DNA of 64,000 nt, taken from Blepharisma stoltei ATCC 30299. Taxonomy: Eukaryota; Protista; Ciliophora. The first letter of the stretch is position 1. Each line of letters begins with the position of its first letter. The notes beneath the pieces were generated by a model. It saw only the letters and a program-made list of their open reading frames with translations, was not told where the DNA came from and ran no database searches. Shown piece after piece: positions 57,526 through 64,000 of the stretch. The stretch lies in the NCBI GenBank assembly GCA_965603825.1, contig CBFDEM010000039.1, positions 248,001 through 312,000 of the forward strand, given 5' to 3'. The position numbers were made by a program, and so were the translations under genes.

Positions 57526-58446
57526 TTATACGTTGAACAAGCTTAAAAACCCAGAATCCAATGACGAATGGAATTGAGCTGAAGGTTTAAATGATGGAGG
57601 CCTTATATTTTGCTGCCTTCCTGCTGTTAAATTCGCACTTAAAACCCTTCTGCTCATCTTTTCATCCCTATTAATAATTATCGGTACATCATACAATTTG
57701 CCACTTGCAGGCCGCTTAAACATGTTATCATCAAAAGCAGGACTTTTCATCGGCCCTTGGATCCTTATTTTTGTTCTCGGTCTGCCTTGGGTCGTTGGCC
57801 TGTCTTGAACTTCACTAACTGGCAAAGCAGTCATTGGAGGATCAATTCTTTTTTCTCTATTTCGAGACTTTCCTCTCCCTGATTTTAAATTTCAAAATTT
57901 TTCTGACATTGAAGAATGTGTATCTGGAGGCGTACAAGTCCCAGGAGGCAAATATAAACCTAATGCTTTAGGTGGATCTTTATGTCTTGATGGCGGACGC
58001 AGCTTTCTTTGCTCTACCTCTCTGGAAGCTGGGGCTTCATTGGGTTCTTCTAATCTAGCAATTTTGAAGCCAAAAGTGACAGGACGCTTGATATCTTCTG
58101 CATATTTTGCAGTTTTCGGTTTGATATCTGGTATTATAACTGTATTTGTTTTTATTGGACCTATTTGTGAAGAGTTTCAGCCTGATCCTCTCATAGAAAC
58201 TTTATTGTTGCCATGAGAAAAAGGTATTCCTGACAATGAATTCATTGAATTTACAGAATATTTTTGTGAACTAGCTGGCACTTTTTGCGGGTAATATACA
58301 AGTGGATTAACGGAAGGCCCTGGTGCAGAACCGATTCTTTTATTTTCGTCCCTAAATAATCATTACGCTGATACAAATCGCCAAACTGAATAAGTTTTCG
58401 GCAATTCTTCATGGTTAACGCTTCGATTTATTCCTCCAGGGTGCAT
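57526..58446 (-). CDS. Hypothetical protein; 15-nt intron; 2 TGA=Trp
   Basis: Continuous from ATG 58446 after removing 58352-58366 and reading two TGAs as Trp. Confidence 0.7.
58352..58366 (-). other. 15-nt intron
   Basis: GTAATGATTATTTAG with an in-frame TAA. Confidence 0.85.
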
Positions 58447-58512
58447 TTTATTAAAATTTTATAGCTTCAATAGACTACTTTATAAGATAATTCTAGTAAA
58501 AGAGAATAAAAA

Positions 58513-59997
58513 ATGGATTATGTCGAAGTTGTTGAAAGCGTAAGAGAAATCTATGACAAAGACCAGACAGCAAAATACGATTTCATAGCTCAAAGGTTTT
58601 TCCACGACTTTGGCTCATATCCAGGATTCTTTGCAAGAGCTCCTGGAAGAGTTAATATCATAGGCGAGCATATTGATTATAGCGGATACCCAGTTCTGCC
58701 TATGGCTTTAGATAGAGACACTATTATGGCTGTAAGAAGAACTGAGATGAGAAATATTGTTATCAAAAACATCCAAAGAAATAAATTTCCTGAGGCGACT
58801 TTTTCACTGGATCAAAAACTCTCAGATGAACATGTGTGGACAAATTATTTTGTGGCAGGATATAGGTCGGTAACTGAAGAGATTCCGGTGGAAAACCGGG
58901 TTGGAATGCTTATTATGGTAGATGGAGATGTCCCGATTGCGTCTGGGCTTAGCTCTTCAGCAAGCTTTACGGTGTGTGCAGCTTTAGCAACACTTTATGC
59001 AAATAATCCATTTGGGAAGACTTCTTATAAAGAATATCTTCCTGAAGACCATCCAAAGGCGAAAAATATGCTTGAGGACTATTATGTAGCTTCGACAAGA
59101 ATTAGCAAAATTCAGCTTGCAGAATTGACCACTAGGTTTGAAAGAATGGTTGGAACTCAATGCGGAGGGATGGATCAAACTATTAGCATTTTGGCTGAGG
59201 CAGGAACTGCTTCTTTTATAGAATTCAACCCAATTCGGCTTGAGGCTGTTCCTCTGCCTAGCGGCTGCACTTTTGTGATTGCAAACTCATTAACTCCTTC
59301 TCCTAAAGTTTTAACTATAGCAACAAGGTACAACAAAAGAGTTGTTGAATGCAGAATCGCAGTTGCACTTATAGCAAAAGCTTTTAATTTGCCTATTTTC
59401 CCTAAAACACTCAAAGAAATTCAAGAAGAATTAGGAAGATCTTTGGAGGAAATGATAGAAATTGTAAACTTGCATATCAGAGAAGAAGAATATACCACAG
59501 CTATGCTTGAGGAAACATTTGGAACACTTTTAATAGAAATTGTGAAAGATATTCAATACTCTGATATCGTTTTAAATAACAATACTTCTTATAAACCAAG
59601 ACAAAGAGCCTTACATGTTTATAATGAAGCTAAAAGAGTTTATGAATTCAAAAATGTGTGCCAAAATAATGGGGATTGTGAAAGGCTTGGGAGACTAATG
59701 ACAGAAAGCCATAATAGCTGTAGAGATCTATATGAGTGCAGTTCAGAACAATTGGAAACGCTTATTGGGCTCGCTATTGAAGGAGGAGCGATTGGTAGTA
59801 GATTAACAGGAGCTGGCTGGGGTGGATGCTGTATAAGCTTAGTGAGGAATGAGCAGTTAGAAGAAATGTATAGAAAGATGTTGAAATTTTATGAGAATAA
59901 CCCTCTTGTTACTGATGATAATGTAATCTTCTCAACTGTACCGTGCAGGGGGGCTTGCATTTTAGAATCAAAATATTTTGCCTGGGCAGGTCAATAA
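58513..59997 (+). CDS. Galactokinase / N-acetylgalactosamine kinase (GHMP family)
   Basis: APGRVNIIGEHIDYSG, PIASGLSSSAS, GGMDQ, YNKRVVEC, GSRLTGAGWGGC. Confidence 0.95.
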   Translation: MDYVEVVESVREIYDKDQTAKYDFIAQRFFHDFGSYPGFFARAPGRVNIIGEHIDYSGYPVLPMALDRDTIMAVRRTEMRNIVIKNIQRNKFPEATFSLDQKLSDEHVWTNYFVAGYRSVTEEIPVENRVGMLIMVDGDVPIASGLSSSASFTVCAALATLYANNPFGKTSYKEYLPEDHPKAKNMLEDYYVASTRISKIQLAELTTRFERMVGTQCGGMDQTISILAEAGTASFIEFNPIRLEAVPLPSGCTFVIANSLTPSPKVLTIATRYNKRVVECRIAVALIAKAFNLPIFPKTLKEIQEELGRSLEEMIEIVNLHIREEEYTTAMLEETFGTLLIEIVKDIQYSDIVLNNNTSYKPRQRALHVYNEAKRVYEFKNVCQNNGDCERLGRLMTESHNSCRDLYECSSEQLETLIGLAIEGGAIGSRLTGAGWGGCCISLVRNEQLEEMYRKMLKFYENNPLVTDDNVIFSTVPCRGACILESKYFAWAGQ

Positions 59998-60028
59998 TTA
60001 ATTATTTTTATAAACACCTAAATAATAA

Positions 60029-61963
60029 ATGGATCCATTAAGTGACTCAAACCAGCCTGAAACTACTAATTGCTCTTATCCCAATTGCGAAGAGGTAGCT
60101 GAATATATTTGCAAATGCAGCCTTCCAAATACTCTTCTGTGCATAAATCACCATAAAGAGCATATTACATCTAAAGATCTAGAGCATAAAATTGAATCTG
60201 CTTGAATTGAGCCTTCACAAGAAACAAAGAAGAAAATTTTAATGCTTTTGGAATCTGAAAAAGAAAATTACAAAATAATAAAAACGAAAGCATTAGATTT
60301 GTTTTTTCATAATGTAGAAAATGCTTCAAAAATAGTCAAAGATAATATTGAAATTTTAAATAAGGAGATCTGTGACATCGATAAAATGTGTTTTAAGATT
60401 ATGAAAAACGAGAAAATTTCAAAACTTGAAAATGACGATTTTCTAAAGTCTTTAATTCTTGATAGTCAAAACGCTTTAAAGAATGTAAAACTTTTCCTTT
60501 TAAATAAGGCTAAAATAACAGAAGATAGCTTTTTGGGGGATTTTACAATAGAGCTTAGCAATCTATTAATTGATTTTATAAAGAAAAAATTAGAAAGACT
60601 TAACATTGAAAAGTATGAAAATATTGACGAAATACTTTGCGAATATAACCAAATGGATGAAAAAGAAGCTAAGGATAAATTTGGTTTAGTAAAAATAAAA
60701 TTAGAGCAAGTCGATTCAAAATTTATCACTAGTATAAAGGATTTAGAAACTCAAATTAAAAAGAATGCGAACTATTGCAAAGATTTGCAGTCTAGTCTTG
60801 ATGGGCTAGCTAAAAGAATAAATAAAAATTTTAGAGAATTGAATTCAATTGCCATTATTTCTAAAATAAATGAAAAATTAAAGGATATTTCTAATTATGA
60901 ACTAAAAGTAGAAGATTTGGCTAAGAATTACTTGTTAGATTTTAATGAAACATTAAGGAGCATTGACAAGCAGAGACAGCTAAAAAGTGATTTTGAAAGA
61001 GATAGTAAAATTTTTTCGAGCCTGGATATACAGCAATCAGATGATAAAAGCTTGAGAAACTTAATGAAATTTAGTGAAGGAATAAGATTTATATATGCGA
61101 AATACACAGAGAAATGTAATAATATCTCTAGCAAATTAGAACTAATCATTAGTCAATGCGTAGATGATATAAAATATATATATGGCATACTTGATGATAA
61201 TGAGCATCAAGCTCTCTTGTGCATATATGATACTGAAAATCAAAGGCTTAACAAAATTCCAATTTTTACTATGGAGCCTCTTAGTTCATGTATATTGATA
61301 ATTCAACTTCCGAACTCTGAACTCTTTTGCTATGGGAACTCTCACCATTATGATTCTTTTGTTTCTGAAGATCAATCATATGAATCTGGGTTTTCTTGCA
61401 TTTTAGATCTAAAAACATATTCCCTTAAAAAGGTTTTACCTGAAGGTAGAGAATGTATGCGCGCAGGAGGTATTTTTTATAATCAGTTTGTGTTTGTATT
61501 TGGGGCTTTGAATAATGGTATTGCTTTGAAACTTGCAGAGAAGTTTGACTTGGTTGAAAATAAATGAATAGAATTGCCGCCTCTTCCTGTAGAGATGTAT
61601 CAAACCTCATGCGTAATTTATGATGGAGAAATATGAATATGTGGATTGTCAGCTCGTTTGATTAAATATGATATTGAAAAAAGCACTTACTCAACTACTC
61701 TGCTGCCTATGGAAAAAGAAAATGCCAAAATAATCTTTATTGCAAGCTCTCACATCTATATTATTGAGCAAAGTGGGATTTTTCAATGAACCTCAAATTG
61801 GAGTCAAGTATTACGTTTCAATATTGATTTAAAGGGAAATATTTTCACAATAGCTTCTGAATTCTTACTTTTTATATCAAAAAATGATTTAAAGGGCAAA
61901 ATAAATTACTATAAGTTTGAGTCAAAATTTAGGCGTCTAACTGAATGCAAAGTCAATAAATAA
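60029..61963 (+). CDS. B-box-like Zn finger, coiled coil and degenerate Kelch-like propeller protein, 4 TGA=Trp
   Basis: CSYPNC...CKC...LCINHHKEH; VFVFGA...AEKFDLVENK(W)IELPPLP; ends TAA 61963. Confidence 0.75.
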
Positions 61964-62223
61964 TTAACCATGATAATTTAAATTTTGGATAGTTGAGAGT
62001 GCTAGTGTGTGTTCTTAATAATTATTTATTTCTCTCTTTCTTGTAAACCATCATTAAGCTAAATATTTTAAGATCCAATAATAAATTTAATCTAGATTTT
62101 ATATATTGATTAAAATAAGGCTTAAGTAAAAAATATAAATTTTTGATTAATGCCTTTAGCTCGATAATGAGGAGCATCTCAAGAAAAATTTAAAATTAGT
62201 TACATATTATGATATTTAATTAT

Positions 62224-63192
62224 TTAATTATTGATTAAGATAATTTCAACAGGGTGATGATCACTTCCTATAATATCATTATGAATCAAACTATCTCTCA
62301 CTCTTGATATCAACGCTTGGCTTACTACAATATAATCCAATCTCCAACCCATATTTTCGCTTTTCGCTCTTGGATTTTTCGTGCTATACCAAGAATACTT
62401 CCTTTCACTAGGATAAAGATGTCTAAAAGAATCTACAAATCCTTCAGCCAATGTTTGAGTAAACTGCTCTCTTTCTTGTGGTGTGCATCCAGCACATTTT
62501 TCTTTTCCATTCATATTATAGATATCTATATCTTGATGGACAACATTTAAATCTCCAAGCCAAATAACGCTTTTCCCCCTTGCTTCTAATTGCTTTAAAT
62601 AATTTCTAAAATCATTATCCCATTCTTGTGTTCTATAAGATAGTCGATCTAGTTTTTGGCCAGCATTAGGAACATAAGTAGAAATAAGGAAAAAAGTGTC
62701 AAATTCGGCTGTTATAACTCTTCCTTCATCATCATGCTTACGGCGACCAAGTCCTGTTACAATGCTAATTGGCTCAATTTTACTCAAAATTGCAGTCCCA
62801 GAATAACCTTTTTTAGTTCGACTGCAAGATCAATATTGGTAAGGAAATGCTGGGAAATTATTTTTGAAATCTTGGATATTTGTATCTTGGAGTTTAGTTT
62901 CATTGAAGCATAAGATATCGATATTATCGCGACCTGTAAAAGTGATGAAGGATTGCTTTTTAATGCAAGCACGAATCCCATTAACATTCCAAGAGACTAT
63001 ATGAATTTCTGGGCTTGAAAATATGCCTAGGCTGCTTGTTTGAATTTTAGCATCTTCAGAAATTAGTTTAGCCTGTTTGGAAGCTTTGGCAGGGATTTTT
63101 TCTTCTTCAGAATCAGAAACTTTTCTCTTTGCAGGCTTCTTAGCTTCATCACTCTTTTTAGCTCTACTTTTAACTGGCTTCTTTTCTTTCAT
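62224..63192 (-). CDS. APEX1: AP endonuclease / exodeoxyribonuclease III, TGA=Trp
   Basis: SWNVNGIRA, ETK, Y(W)...KGYSGTA, EGRVI, YVPNAG, GDLNV, GWRLDY, GSDHHP; TGA at 62830. Confidence 0.93.
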
Positions 63193-63947
63193 ATTAATTG
63201 GAGAAAATCAATAATTATATAATGGGGTAACTGAAGTTTTTAATAAAATTTTATTATAATAATTTAATAGATTTTTCCCTAAATTAATTAAAATTGGATT
63301 TTTTTCAGTCATAAATTAATTAGATTAACTTATTTTGGAATTTTCTTTTTGGCTCGAAAAAGTGCTATGAGCAGTGATCCTAATAAATGATGTAGCAATA
63401 AAAATATAGTTTTACTCCCAGATGCTCTTAAATAATACAAGTTATGCTATAACTCCTTAGAGTTGTTAAATTATAAATGTAATTTAATGATGGCTCTTGA
63501 TATGAGCCAATGCCATTAAGAACGTTTTATTCCTGAATTTAATTATTTGTTATGCAATATTAATTATTATAGTGCGTGTAAAGCAAACCTTCCAAAATCG
63601 GTATGAAACCTTTGTAGATTTGTGCAAGCTCAACTGAGACCCTAGGTATAATTTCTGCTATCAATGCTTCGATTCAAACAATTACTGCACGAATCTAAAT
63701 TTATTTGGTCTTTCTGTATATTACTACAACTATTTATCATCATTTGGCTCCTTTTATTATGTAACTTCTAAAAACACAATAATTCACCTTCTGGAGAAGG
63801 AACAATTAATTAGCCATTTGAAACAATAAATTATTCATTACCTTCAATAAAAGCCAAATATAGCGTTATTAATCTAAAGAGCAATGGATCATACAGACTT
63901 TATAGATCCTCTGGCTTGATATTAGACCAAATTGAAAAATAAAATCA

Positions 63948-64000
63948 ATGGATGCAAGTAAAGTTCCTATCTTTCTTGATGGAGCAGATGCAACCTCTAT
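63948..64000 (+). CDS. Possible 5' end of a gene running off the window
   Basis: aaaatca-ATG-G followed by open MDASKVPIFLDGADATS. Confidence 0.35.
   Translation, partial: MDASKVPIFLDGADATS

Noticed and set aside
3915-62832. TGA as selenocysteine or cysteine
   Set aside because: The TGAs align with conserved Trp, not catalytic Cys, and are far too frequent.
974-62987. Numerous short antisense or alternate-frame ORFs in the track
   Set aside because: They are shadows of real genes (S/F/L-rich mirrors of K/E-rich sequence) with no motifs.
3213-63192. Split ORFs interpreted as pseudogenes, operons or programmed frameshifts
   Set aside because: Fragments share a frame and are joined by TGA=Trp or by 15/18-nt introns.
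63193-63947. Long spacer with a short ATG ORF at 63884
   Set aside because: The ORF stops at TAG after 13 codons; no recognisable structure.
1-64000. Telomeric repeats, IESs, transposases, CRISPR arrays, tRNA or rRNA genes
   Set aside because: None seen by eye; uninterrupted genes are consistent with somatic macronuclear DNA.

Overview
This is gene-dense, AT-rich eukaryotic DNA with about 40 protein-coding genes and intergenic spacers often only 15-60 nt. Two features explain why the supplied ORF track is fragmented. (1) TGA is read as Trp: about 45 in-frame TGAs in about 26 genes, many at invariant Trp positions, while the reconstructed genes end in TAA or TAG. (2) There are tiny spliceosomal introns: twelve of exactly 15 nt (GT...YAG, always A at position 10) and two probable 18-nt introns ending TAGTAG. 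This combination points to a heterotrich ciliate macronuclear genome, most likely Blepharisma (inference). Recognisable genes include EFG1, a double-Alba RGG protein, importin-alpha, BUD32, RPL30, mitochondrial DnaJ, a SAXO-like protein, Na/K-ATPase alpha, TRPML, a PLU-1/PHD chromatin protein, CIA2, MAPEG, DCP2, HUWE1/TOM1, a cytosolic carboxypeptidase, ARP10/11, ACOX, an Afi1/DENN-like gene with 7 micro-introns, AKAP28-MORN, RPL18A, RRP6, GALK and APEX. The most unusual observations are: tandem TAGTAG acceptors where the canonical 15-nt splice would leave a stop codon; a conserved gene with no ATG (apparent ATA start); a possible same-strand CDS overlap; stop-free 15-nt introns hidden inside ORFs; and strongly gene-specific TGA/TGG usage. 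No tRNA, rRNA, transposon or CRISPR array was recognised. All coordinates were derived by hand.
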